From Macrostomum lignano (taxonomy: Eukaryota): a DNA stretch of 64,000 nucleotides. The DNA is taken from positions 116,353 through 180,352 of the forward strand of contig NIVC01000274.1 in NCBI GenBank assembly GCA_002269645.1, read 5' to 3'. The notes beneath the pieces were generated by a model. It searched no databases and had not been told where the DNA came from. It worked only from the letters and a program-made list of their open reading frames with translations. A program made the position numbers and the translations under genes. Shown here in pieces: positions 1 through 12,167 of the stretch. Positions within the stretch are counted from its first letter, which is position 1. Every line of letters begins with the position of its first letter.

Positions 1-290
1 TCTAGGTAGCTTTTTGATAATTCCAATGCAGTAGCTATGCGGCACTTAATCTACATCTCCGGCCCCATCTTCCCTTACCATGCTCCCTCTCTGCCCCCCC
101 CCTCTCGACTTCCTCTCAACCCCTACCCCTGCAACTCTACGGCAGATCTTTCTCGTTCTTCTCGATCCTTCTTTCATCTTCACGATCTGAGTGCAACTAT
201 TCGTCCGTAGTTGCTCGCACATGAAGACAAGCCTCTTTAGCAAGAATGATTATTCTTCTAATATTTTCTTTACCACTTTTTCCATTTTAG

Positions 291-1051
291 AAGCCAACAA
301 CTGGACACAGAGGTAAGAATGTGAGATTCGCCTGTGCTAAATAGATTGAAATTATCAATTGAAGATGAAATGGAATGGGTTAGGACGGAATAGAATGAGA
401 TGGGGTGGGTTGGGATAGGATAGAATAGTATGGATGAGATGGGATGGGATGAGATGATATGGGGTGGGATTGTGTAGTATGGAATAAGATAGGATAGGAT
501 AGGATAGGCTGAGATGGGATAAAATGAGATGGGATGGGATAGGCTGGGATGGGATGGGATAGGCTGGGATGGGATGGGATAGGCTGGGATGGGATGGTAT
601 GGGATAGGATGGGATGGGATAGGCTGAGATGGGATGGAATGGAATGGGATAGGATGGGATGGGATAGGATAGGATAGAATAGGATAAGGATGGGATGGGA
701 TTTGTTAGGAGAGTCAGTAATTAAACAGAGCTGGATAAACGTGCAAAAAGGTATTAAATTGCGAGCTTCACTCCTGCAGATCCCCCAACCACTTCCACAG
801 AGGACATGTCGGACAGCACAACGAACTCGGCCGCTCCGGCCAGCTCAGGGTCGGCCCTCGTGCAGCCGACGGCCCTAATTGGCATCGTTGCCGGTGGCAC
901 CGCGGGTGTCCTACTTATAGTAGCTCTGATAGCGTTTTGCATCTATCGGAAGCGCAAAGCGGACGAGGGCTCCTACTCGCTGGACCCGGGGAAGAAAGCC
1001 CCGGCCAGTAGCGAGTATCAGAAAGCGCCCACTAGGGAATTCTACGCTTAA
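291..1051 (+). CDS. sdc: Syndecan, 3' part (22-nt exon 291-312, terminal exon 780-1051); 5' exons lie outside the window
   Basis: TM helix LIGIVAGGTAGVLLIVALIAFCIY, then RKRKADEGSYSL (syndecan C1-like), central YQKAP and C-terminal PDZ ligand EFYA. Splice sites ttttag|291, 312|gtaag and ctgcag|780 join in frame (KPTTGHR-D-PPTTSTEDMSDS). Confidence 0.85.
365..700. repeat. (GGGAT/GGATA)n pentanucleotide microsatellite in a syndecan intron
   Basis: Visible tandem GGGAT/GGATA units. Confidence 0.95.
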
Positions 1052-1149
1052 AACTGCGTGCTTGAAGGGATTCGGGAATTTTACCGATATCTGGAAACTC
1101 ACTTACATGTAGTTAAATATTTGCTACATGATCCTGCTTTTGAAATTAT

Positions 1150-2000
1150 GAGAATGATGATCAGAATGATGGGAATAAGAATCAGGATGAGAATGGGAAT
1201 GAGGATCAGGATGAGGATGAGAGTGAGGATCAGGATGATGATGGGAATGAGGATCAGGATGAGAATGGGAATAAGGATCAGGATGAGGATGGGGATGAGG
1301 ATCAGGATGAGGATGGGAATGAGGATCAGGATGAGGATGGGAATGAGGATCAGGATGAGGATGGGAATGAGGATCAGGATGAGGATGAGAGTGAGGATCA
1401 GGATGAGGATGAGAGTGAGGATCAGGATGATGATGGGAATGAGGATCAGGATGAGAATGGGAATAAGGATCAGGATGAGGATGGGGATGAGGATCAGGAT
1501 GAGGATGGGAATGAGGATCAGGATGAGGATGGGGATGAGGATCAGGATGAGGATGGGAATGAGGATCAGGATGAGGATGGGGATGAGGATCAGGATGAGG
1601 ATGGGAATGAGGATGAGGATGAGGATGAGAGTGAGGATCAGGATGATGATGGGAATGATGGGAATAAGGATCAGGATGAAGATGGGAATGATGATCAGGA
1701 TGAGGATGGGGATGAGGATCAGGATGAGGATGGGAATGAGGATCAGGATGAGGATGGGAATGAGGATCAGGATGAGGATGGGAATGAGGATCAGGATGAG
1801 GATGGGGATGAGGATCAGGATGAGGATGGGAATGAGGATGAGGATGAGGATGAGAGTGAGGATCAGGATGATGATGGGAATGATGGGAATAAGGATCAGG
1901 ATGAAGATGGGAATGATGATCAGGATGATGATGGGAATAAGGATCAGGATGAAGATGGGAATGATGATCAGGATGATGCTGGGAATAAGGATTATGGTTC
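1150..2000. repeat. Hexamer-based satellite (ATGAGG/ATCAGG/ATGGGA)
   Basis: Visible tandem units; source of the spurious 316-aa MRIR ORF. Confidence 0.95.
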
Positions 2001-2592
2001 AGATATAGAATTTTAGGATTGGGAGAAAGATGTGAGGATGAGGGTTAGAATACAGATGGAAATGCTTCTATGGTTTGAAATAGTTTTTAATGAAGATACT
2101 ATGCATATTGATTGTGTTTTACTGTCATGAGATGAGCCCTTTATGTGCAAGCTGAGTGATGCAGTGTATCAATACCGCTATGCCATGTTATGCATGGCTA
2201 TTGAAGTACGTGTTTGCACTTTTTAATTTCAAAATCAAAGAAATATCATAGTCTGCGCTTCGTTGCGCAAAAATGGGCCAATTAGTGAACATTTTCTAAT
2301 TGCTGGTCATATCCACTTTGATGCTGGCTGCTCGCTTGATAACTAATTGCTCCGTTTAATTGCTCTGTTAATTACCGCATGCTGCTCTGCTGATCAAAGT
2401 ATTGCTGTTTTGTAAATGTTATTATTACTAGTAAACAGCAGCACAGCTCCATATGTGAGCTGTCGCACCGGGCTTACCAAGTGCGGCGCCATGCTTAAAG
2501 CAAAAAGCCTGCATGGATTTTTCTGTCATTGTCTTATTTACGCTCGTACATGTGCAACGAAGGGCGATTCAAAACTTGCTTAGGTCAGAGCG

Positions 2593-3465
2593 TGGGATGG
2601 GATGGGATGGGATGGAATAGGATGGGATGGGATGGGATGGGATGGGATGGTATGGGATGGGATGGGATGGGATGAGATGGGATGGGATGGGATGGGATGG
2701 GATGGGATGGAATGGAATGGAATGGAATAGGATGGGATGGGATGGGATGAGATAGGATGGGATGGGATGAGATTGGATGGGATGGGATGGGATGGGATGG
2801 GATGGGATGGGATGGGATGGGATGGGATGGGATGGGATGGGATGGGATGGGATGGGATGGGATAGGATGGGATGGGATGGGATGGGATGGAATAGGATGG
2901 GATGGGATGAGATAGGATGGGATGGGATGGGATGGGATGGGATGGGATGAGATAGGATGGGATGGGATGGGATGAGATAGGATGGGATGGGATGGGATGG
3001 GATGGGATGGGATGGGATGGGATGGGATGGGATGGGATGGGATGGGATGGGATTGGATGGGATGGGATGGGATGGGATGGGATGGGATGGGAGGGAATGG
3101 AATGGAATAGGATGGGATGGGATAGGATGGGATGGGATGGGATGGGAGGGAATGGAATGGAATAGGATGGGATGGGATGGGATGGGATGGGATGAGATGG
3201 GATGGGATGGAATGGGATGGGATGGGATGGGATGGGATGGGATGGGATGGGATGGGATGGGATGGGATGGGATGGGATGGGATGGGATGGGATGGGATGG
3301 GATGGGATGGGATGGGATGGGATGGGATGGGATGGGATGGGATGGGATGGGATGGGATGGGATGGGATGGGATGGGATGGGATGGGATGGGATGGGATGG
3401 GATGGGAGGGAATGAGATGGGATGGGATGGGATGAGAAAGAATGAGATGGAATGGGATGGGATGG
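2593..3465. repeat. (GGGAT)n microsatellite
   Basis: About 870 bp of near-perfect GGGAT units. Confidence 0.97.
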
Positions 3466-3778
3466 AAGAATTCACAGATAATACTTGAGTTTGTCGGTAT
3501 TTAGTAATTATAGATTAAAAAGTACATTGGAATTCAGCGTTTTAGTTAGTTGCATTTGTTCGAAGCAGTGTTATGTCCACGTGTGCATAGTCTTAATACA
3601 AATTAGCCTAGCAGTGGCAACAAGTTATGAAACTGCAAAAATAAAAGGCAAAATGTTTTTAATAAATCAGAAATATACATGGAATTGTATATTAAGTGAA
3701 GATTTGGCACCATTGCTAATTCCTAGAAGTATATTTCTGCATTTTGGTATTACACAGTATATTTCAATATTTCTTAGG

Positions 3779-6686
3779 CTAGTTAAATTCATCGTCACTC
3801 CGGCCCCAAAAGTACAAAGAGTCAACCGCTGCCTCCCAGCTTGGCTGGCAGACCAACTGAACGCAGAGGATGCCAAACTCTGTGACGCTCAGTTCCGTCC
3901 GCAGGCCGCCGCCGCCAACGACACCGCGGCAGAGGTTCGCCGCTCCAGGACAGACGGGCAGCCAGGGCGGCGCGCGGACTGCCAGGCAGGCCAGCCGAGG
4001 GGGGCACCACCCGGGCCAGCGGGCCGACACCAGCGGCAAAGCCAGCTCGCCTGGCTGACATCTAGTCGGAGGCTCCGATGGGCAGGGCGGAGCTACGGGC
4101 GGCGTCGGAGTCGACGGCGGCGGCGGAGTCGGTGTCAGCGGAGCCAGCAGCGGCTCACAGACGACAGTCTGGCGCTGCGCCGCCGTGCAGTCGTCGATGT
4201 AGTCGACGCCGCCGATGTAGTCGACGCCGCCGATGTAGTCGACGGCAGCAGCGCCATGTTCAACGATAACGCTTACCGTGCCAGTCGGGCAAGTTGGAAC
4301 TGTTGGCGGGCAGATCGCTGCCTCGGGGGTGCTGTTGCTGCTGATGCTTGTGGCATTCGCTGCCGTTGCTGGAATATTGGGATGTGACCGATATGATGAA
4401 ATGGAATGGAATGAAGAAGATAAGATGGATGGGATTGGATGAGATGGGATAGGATAGGATAGAATCGGATAGGATGGGATAGAATCGGATAGGATGGATA
4501 GAATCGGATAGGATAGGATAGAATCGGATAGGATAGGATAGAATCGGATAGGATGGGAAAAAATCGGATAGGATAGGATAGAATCGGATAGGATAGGATA
4601 GAATCGGATAGGATGGGAAAAAATCGGATAGGATAGGATAGAATCGGATAGGATGGGATAGAATCGGATAGGATGGGATAGAATCGGATAGGATGGGATA
4701 GAATCGGATAGGATGGGAAAGAATCGGATAGGATGGGATAGAATCGGATAGGATGGGATAGAATCGGATAGGATGGGAAAGAATCGGATAGGATGGGATA
4801 GAATCGGATAGGATGGGATAGAATCGGATAGGATAGGATAGAATCGGATAGGATAGGATAGAATCGGATAGGATGGGATAGAATCGGATAGGATAGGATA
4901 GAATCGGATAGGATAGGATAGAATCGGATAGGATAGGATAGAATCGGATAGGATGGGATAGAATCGGATAGGATGGGATAGAATCGGATAGGATGGGATA
5001 GAATCGGATAGGATGGGATAGAATCGGATAGGATGGGATAGAATCGGATAGGATGGGATAGAATCGGATAGGATGGGATAGAATCGGATAGGATGGGATA
5101 GAATCGGATAGGATGGGATAGAATCGGATAGGATGGGATAGAATCGGATAGGATGGGATAGAATCGGATAGGATGGGATAGAATCGGATAGGATGGGATA
5201 GAATCGGATAGGATGGGATAGAATCGGATAGGATGGGATAGAATCGGATAGGATGGGATAGAATCGGATAGGATGGGATAGAATCGGATAGGATGGGATA
5301 GAATCGGATAGGATGGGATAGAATCGGATAGGATGGGATAGAATCGGATAGGATGGGATAGAATCGGATAGGATGGGATAGAATCGGATAGGATGGGATA
5401 GAATCGGATAGGATGGGATAGAATCGGATAGGATGGGATAGAATCGGATAGGATGGGATAGAATCGGATAGGATGGGATAGAATCGGATAGGATGGGATA
5501 GAATCGGATAGGATGGGATAGAATCGGATAGGATGGGATAGAATCGGATAGGATGGGATAGAATCGGATAGGATGGGATAGAATCGGATAGGATGGGATA
5601 GAATCGGATAGGATGGGATAGAATCGGATAGGATGGGATAGAATCGGATAGGATGGGATAGAATCGGATAGGATGGGATAGAATCGGATAGGATGGGATA
5701 GAATCGGATAGGATGGGATAGAATCGGATAGGATGGGATAGAATCGGATAGGATGGGATAGAATCGGATAGGATGGGATAGAATCGGATAGGATGGGATA
5801 GAATCGGATAGGATAGGATAGAATCGGATAGGATGGGATAGAATCGGATAGGATGGGATAAGATCGAGGAATACAATAAGAATAGCCTGTTTAATTTGCC
5901 ACTAAGCTCTCATGGTGGCCGCATGAAAAATCGACGCAAGCCTATTCTCAGCCGCGCAACTAGATACTAACCGGAGCTAAATCTGCTTAACTTTCACAAT
6001 GCAGAGGAATCCTCACCCATCGGGCAGCTGTACACCGGGCAGTCGGCCCCGGAGTCCCGGATCAGCCGCTCCGGCGCCACGTCGGGCCCGCAAACGGGCG
6101 GCGGCGGGCAGCGGCTTGTTCGTCGAAGGCGGCTCCGCAGGCGGCACTCGACCAGCAGGCGGCAGCCGGTGGGCTTCTCAACAGCGAACACCGGCTCGGT
6201 GCGGCCGTCCGCCATGCAGGCAGTCGCCGCTTCGTCCGGATCCGGACAGGCGCAGCGCCGGCTCTGACACCAGCCGGGTCTCCGGCGTTCAAGCACGGTT
6301 TTGACTACCTGAGAGCCCGGACAGGTGGCCGACGAGAGGCTGGCCGGTTCCGGACAACCAGTAATCTGATCCGTAGTCTCCGATTGGCGCTCCTCGGAGG
6401 AATCATCGGACAGTCTGGCAGCAGCGGCTGCTTCGCAGCGGTACAGCGGACAACCGGTCGGCGGCAGCAGCGTCAGGCCGAAACCCTCGGCGCAGTCGGG
6501 CGGCCGGACATTCGCCGGACAGTCACCGCCAAGTGCGGCAAAAGCGATGGCCGGAGACTGTTTTTGAGTAGCTGCAGGTGTCGCCTGCTCACTGATTGAC
6601 GCTGACGGCGTTGTCAAGGCCGGAGCCGCTGGCAGTAGCTGTGGCCATGTCGAAAACAGCAGCAGGAGAAGACTCAGGCTATGCAT
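3779..6686 (-). CDS. Secreted Cys/Pro-rich repeat protein, about 420 aa, 2 exons (6686-6017, 4368-3779)
   Basis: Signal-peptide-like start MHSLSLLLLLFSTWPQLLPA. Donor ATG G|gtgag at 6017/6016 and acceptor ttccag| at 4369/4368 give a phase-1 join that stays open to TAG at 3779. About seven 4-Cys modules CP-x-C-x-G...C-x4-C. Confidence 0.75.
4430..5860. repeat. 20-bp minisatellite (GGATAGAATCGGATAGGATG)n filling the intron of the Cys-rich gene
   Basis: About 70 near-identical units. Confidence 0.97.
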
Positions 6687-7499
6687 GTCCTGCCTTTGAT
6701 TTCGTGGCGCTTAATTCAGCGATTTCTGTACATTTCCAGCTAATTGATTTATTAATTAGATTAGTCAAGTTGACCAGAGTTTGGGTTGTAAAACTTTCTC
6801 AGTTTTGGCTAATTATATCAGAGTAAAGGTTAAAAAGTTTCGAGGCTATAAATATGAAGGGGGTGAGGCGAGAGGGTCGTTTGTGCGACCACTGCAACAT
6901 AGCTTTTACATGTACAAATGTACAGATTTTTTCGTCACTTTGTGTACATAGCTTTGTACATGTAGCTTAGCCTATTTAATATTTTTCTTCACATGTGCAC
7001 TGTGTAGTCTGAGTTAGATTGAATAGTCAATTAAAAGTCGGAGCGTACAAACCTGTCGTAAAAAAGTAGAGAGAAGTGCTCTCACTCGTCGTGCCAGGCC
7101 GTAGCCAGGATCCTCCATTGGAAGGGGTATCTTTCAGACGTTTTCCATCATTTTTGCCTCCACAGTGGCAGAACTCGTACACTCTAGTACACTAGTACTA
7201 GAACTAGTACACTCAAGAGAACTGCTGCCCCTAGTCTATGGCCAAAAAGTTTGTTGCTGATTTGTACGGCTCGCAGGTTAGAGAACGATGGTAAGCCTTG
7301 AGCAGACATGAGCGGACTAAGTTAATGCTTCAAAAATGAAGTCTTTGCTCACCAGTGAAACTTTTGTCTTGAGTGTAGCGTTGCCTCTGGATTAAGTCAA
7401 CTGCTCCTAAGCTTACACTAATTGCAAAGAAGCTATACTTCTTAGAGCAAGAATATATAATTCATTATAATGTCTATTGCTTTTGTAAGTCAAATTGAA

Positions 7500-7795
7500 A
7501 ATCAAGCCGATCCAGTGGAGAATCGCCATTCGCTGCCGCACTCGGTCATAGACAATAAAGCCAATTAAGTTGATAATCAAGCCGATCAAGTGGAGAGTCG
7601 CCATTCGCTGCAGCACTCGGCCATAGACAATAAGCTAGTCAAGTTGATAATCAAGCCGATCAAGTAGAGAGTCGCCATTCGCTGCCGCACTCGGCCATAG
7701 ACAATAAAGCTAGTCAAGTTGATAATCAAGCCGATCAAGTAGAGAGTCGCCATTCGCTGCAGCACTCGGCCATAGACAATAAAATCAATCAAGTG
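7500..7795. repeat. Four tandem copies of a 74-75 bp unit
   Basis: AATCAAGCCGAT starts at 7500, 7575, 7649 and 7724. Confidence 0.9.
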
Positions 7796-8523
7796 AGATA
7801 GCTTGAGACTCCAAGCTGCACTCTCCCACAGACTCAAAGCCAAGCTAGCTGTTGAAGGCTCTTCAATATCCTCGATCCTCGATATGTACTAATCACCTCT
7901 TCAACTAATTATGTTCATGTTTGTTGAAGGTTGCATAAAAAAGCATCAAAACACATTAAAATTCTAAGCAGGTGGTAAAACTCGGCGAAAGAATTTAAAA
8001 AAAGTTTAAAGACACAAACAGACACAGTTTCGATTGCAATTATTTTATAATTTATTTATATGAACCTAGAGTGCAATTTATATTAGAAGCGGTGAGGAGA
8101 ACGTTAGAAAAGCGTCAGTAATAAAGTTAGCAGTTAATATTTCCTACTTATTAATAATAAGTATGCTGCTTCTTTGCGCGAGTGCACAAGGGTCGCTGGG
8201 GACGGGGTGTCCCCCAGGCGCAGAGGGCTTTTTCTAAATCTAAATTTCTTCCATTAACAAGCGACTGACTCACGGATTCGCCTCAGCGCCCGGGGAGTTC
8301 CGCAGAGAAAAAAAAGAGAAAGATCGGTCAAGGTCAGGCGGCTAGGAGGGGAAGGGGGCTGGCGAAAGAAGTAGCGGCGGCTGCGTCAGGTCGGCGGCCG
8401 CTGCGCAGGGCGAAACGGCGGCAGAGTAATAGAAGAGAAAAATGTATGCGCATGAAAACAGAGTAAGACAGACAGACGCAGACAGAGTCTTCAGGACAGT
8501 TTACTGGCCCAGTTAGCCGAAGT

Positions 8524-8994
8524 TTACACCTTCGGCCCGGCCTGCACCTTCTTGATGAAGTCCTCGTACTTGACGTTGCCGTCGAGGTCTTCGTGCGTGT
8601 CGGTGAACTTCATAATCACGTCGACGTCGCTGTCGTCAAGCCGTTCGCCGTAGCTGGTGAGCACGTGGCGCAGCTCGGCGGCCGAGATGTAGCCCTGGCC
8701 TTCGCGGTCGAACGTCTTGAAGGCCTCCATGAAATCGGCGAAGGTGCCCTCCTCCTTGGCCTTCATGACCTCCTGGTAGATCGGCAGGAACTCCTCGAAC
8801 TTGTAGCCCTTCTCGCCCATCTTCTCCGTGCCGCCGTGCTTCAGGCAGGTGGCGATGGTCGGGTTCATGCCGACGCAGCGCAGCAGGTCGGCCACCTTGG
8901 CGGCGTCGACCTCGCCGTCGCGGCCGTCCCAGAAGTCGAATAGGTCGAAAACTTCGCGAATATCCTCGATTTCGCCTTTGCTTAGTCCGGCCAT
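8524..8994 (-). CDS. Myosin essential light chain, invertebrate type, 156 aa, intronless CDS
   Basis: [45 protein letters not shown] and [16 protein letters not shown] match the scallop-type ELC pattern; strongly GC3-biased. ATG at 8994 preferred over the ORF-track start at 9129. Confidence 0.95.
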   Translation of the reverse strand: MAGLSKGEIEDIREVFDLFDFWDGRDGEVDAAKVADLLRCVGMNPTIATCLKHGGTEKMGEKGYKFEEFLPIYQEVMKAKEEGTFADFMEAFKTFDREGQGYISAAELRHVLTSYGERLDDSDVDVIMKFTDTHEDLDGNVKYEDFIKKVQAGPKV

Positions 8995-9837
8995 GTCTAA
9001 ACTATTCTGGGGAAAAAACGGTTGCTGAGGGCTGGGGCGAAGGACAAGAGAGCAGCGGTCTGTCTGCCTGGTGGGTCGGTCGAAATAGCGCGAGCGGTCG
9101 TGCGGCCTTTTCCCTGGGCAGCCGGGCACGGGGCTTTTTTATCCTTTTCCCCTTTCGGCCACCGCTGCTGCTGCTGCCCCAAGCCGAGCCATCCTGGCCG
9201 CCAATCGATCGAATCTCCCCCTGCTGCACATCCTGCGTTCGCTGCGTGCGCTGGAATGCAGGCAGGTACGAAGAAACCTAACTAAGGGGGTTGGCAAATC
9301 TTCAAATTAAAATGGCGCGGCCTTCAGACTCCGTCGGGCGGGGCTCGTGAAGGACGGGGCGGTTGCCAGGGGGTTGCCTGGCTGTGCAGCTGGACTGCAG
9401 GATCAGGGCGGGCCTTGGTAGACAGCTGAATGAAACAGAGAGAAGGAATCCTATATAGACCGAAATGCCACTGCATTCGATAGTTACTGGGAAGGGAATA
9501 GAAACCCAGGTGTACTTGCGCTTCCTCTGTCTGTGCAGTCCGAACACACAGACATGAGGTGTACAAGCCGCATGAAGTCTTCTTCTATCCAGGAAACTTT
9601 TCTAAGATTTACTTATTTAGCTAATTTAATTAATTCATTTCGATGAGAACTAGCACCGTTTTATTTTTTGAGCCTAGCAAGGATTCTTCATTCATGAGGG
9701 CGTCGTTTCACTGTCGTTTCACGTAGTGCCACTGTCGGAATGATGGCGTCGTTTTCTGTATGATGATGCCATTTTGTGTACGACGGAGCCATTTTCCTTA
9801 TGATGGTTCCATTTTTTGTATGACGGTGATTGGGCCA

Positions 9838-10425
9838 TTTTTAGTGATTGTGCCATTTTTAGTGATTGTGCCATTTTCTGTATGATTGTGCCATTTTCTG
9901 TATGATTGTGCCATTTTCTGTATGATTGCGCCATTTTCTGTATGATTGTGCCATTTCTTGTATGATTGTGCCATTTTCTGTATGATTGTGCCATTTTCTG
10001 TATGATTGTGCCATTTTCTCTATGATTGTGCCATTTTCTGTATGATTGTGCCATTTCTTGTATGATTGTGCCATTTTCTGTATGATTGTGCCATTTTCTG
10101 TATGATTGTGCCATTTTCTCTATGATTGTGCCATTTTCTGTATGATTGTGCCATTTTCTGTATGATTGTGCCATTTTCTGTATGATTGTGTCATTTTCTG
10201 TATGATTGTGCCATTTTCAGTATGATTGTGTTATTTTATTTATGACGGTACTATTTTCTGTATGATAGTGCCATTTCCTCATTACGATGCCATTTTCTGC
10301 ATGATTGTGCCATTTGCTTTCATGACGGTTGCCATTTTCTATATGATAGAGCCATTTTCTTTATTACGGTGCCATTTTCTGTATGATTGTGCCATTTTTT
10401 GTATGACAGAGCCATTTTCTTTTTG
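9838..10425. repeat. 20-bp minisatellite (TATGATTGTGCCATTTTCTG)n
   Basis: Visible tandem units that degenerate toward both ends. Confidence 0.95.
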
Positions 10426-10670
10426 AGAGCGCCGCTTTCTTACCCCCGAGTAGCAGAATCGAGTCAAGCCCAGAAGTGCGCGTCAGCTATTAGCTAAGCA
10501 GCCAATTACCAAATGGAACTTGACTGTCCCGAGCCAAAGGAACAGTGTTCAAGCGGCAGAGAGCAAGACTGAGAGGGGGTTAAGAGAGCCGGTTGACTCG
10601 AGCGGCGCTAGAAATCTGGTTAACGAACAGCTGCAAAAAAAGTTTCTTGGGACGCAAAATTCGCTAAGCA

Positions 10671-11132
10671 ATGTGCCGAATAATGGTTGCTATGGACGGC
10701 AGCGAGCACAGCAATCGAGCCCTGGACTGGCTGGCCGCCAACCTGCTGTCGCCGGAGGATCTCATTCTAGTCGTCATGGTGGTGGAGCCGCGAGTCGCTC
10801 GAAGCTCCAGCCTGACGCCGGCCGAGGCGCCAAAATACTTCTCGGATAGGATGAGCGAAGCCATGCAGGCCGGCAGGGACATTGTTGACGGCGTGCGCCA
10901 GCGCTGCGCCAGTCTTGGCATTCGCAACGAGCTGCAGTTCGTCGAGAAAGTGTCCAGCTCGCCTGGCGCCGCTATTGTTGAAGCGGCCAACGAGGAGCGA
11001 GTTGATCTCATCGTGATGGGGAACCGCGGCCTAGGGAAGCTGCGCCGCACTTTTCTTGGCAGCGTGTCCGACTATGTGCTGCATCACGCGCATCGGGCGG
11101 TTGCTGTGGTGCCGCCTGTGAGGGCAGCCTAG
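10671..11132 (+). CDS. Universal stress protein (UspA domain) paralog 1, 153 aa, intronless
   Basis: RIMVAMDGSEHS at the N-terminus; DLIVMGNRGLGKLRRTFLGSVSDYVLHHA carries the G-2x-G-9x-GS ATP-binding motif. Confidence 0.93.
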   Translation: MCRIMVAMDGSEHSNRALDWLAANLLSPEDLILVVMVVEPRVARSSSLTPAEAPKYFSDRMSEAMQAGRDIVDGVRQRCASLGIRNELQFVEKVSSSPGAAIVEAANEERVDLIVMGNRGLGKLRRTFLGSVSDYVLHHAHRAVAVVPPVRAA

Positions 11133-11368
11133 CAACGGTCCTAGCAACGGCTCCAGCAACCACCCTAGCAACGGCCCTAGCAACCACCCTAGCAACGGCC
11201 CTAGCAACCACCCTAGCAACGGCTCCAGCAACCACCCTAGCAACGGCCCTAGCAACCACCCTAGCAACGGCCCTAGCAACCACCCTAGCAACGGCCCTAG
11301 CAACCACCCTAGCAACGGCCCTAGCAACCACCCTAGCAACGGCCCTAGCAACGGTCCTTGCAACAGCC
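11129..11368. repeat. 12-bp-based tandem repeat (CTAGCAACGGCC/CTAGCAACCACC)
   Basis: Starts at the USP1 stop codon; alternating 12-mers. Confidence 0.93.
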
Positions 11369-12167
11369 TGACAATATATCAATATTATAAAGTCGTATTC
11401 TATCATTTATTCTAAATATTATAAAGCGCTCGTATTCCCTAGAGTTCAGCGCATGCTATTTGTTAATCAGTTCACCCGTAATAAATATATAATCAATCGT
11501 GATACAAGCTATGATTTGAAATACTCGTATATTAATCAAATCTACAGTATTTATAATTTAGTATATAATACTAACAATACTAAATACAAAATCAATACAG
11601 GTAACTGTTGATTTACACCAATTAACGATTAAACTAAAGCAATAATATTTATTCATGTTTGACCTCAAATTTCCTGTCAATGCTTACATAGTTAGTCAAT
11701 CAACAGTCTTAGTCACTTCGGACTTTCCCTATGACACACTGCTGTTTTTCCAGTTTGAACAAAATAAAATACATGCATAATTCGTCACCCAAGGCTGCTG
11801 ATAAGAAATCAGTATGCAAATAAATTTCCAAAAAAGTCGAGCTTCCCAAAGCAGCGCTGCTATTCTGCAATTCAAATTTCGCTCTGAAGGTGGTAAAAAT
11901 GAACTACAAAAAATACTTAACGACCACGTGCGACGAAGTTGTCAAACTTTTTTTTTCATTTTGTAGAAAACCGCCCCAGTCAACCCACCCAATCGAACCA
12001 TTGTGCGCGACAGCAGGAAAGTGTTGCAGCAGACAGATAAGCGGCAGATTGTGGCAAAAGAACACTGAAAAATAAGAAGATAAAAGCGGCGAAAATTAAG
12101 TGGAGAAGACGTGCAACAGGTTTCTCGGGTCGAACTGCTTTAGCTTTGAATTGCTCAACTCGCTGAC

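Noticed and set aside
46-243. 65-aa minus-strand ORF
   Set aside because: No recognisable motif; partly low-complexity and inside a syndecan intron.
3485-4387. 300-aa plus-strand ORF
   Set aside because: Antisense shadow of exon 2 of the Cys-rich gene.
1058-5876. Long ORFs MRIRM, GWDGM, SHPIP and YPILS (316, 296, 538 aa and others)
   Set aside because: Translations of stop-free satellites.
8995-9129. N-terminal extension of the myosin light chain in the ORF track
   Set aside because: Similarity starts at Met 8994; a polypyrimidine-AG just upstream suggests an intron or UTR.
9380-9470. E-boxes (CAGCTG) and a near-CArG CCTATATAGA upstream of the myosin light chain
   Set aside because: Plausible for a muscle gene but too short and imperfect to support without a TSS.
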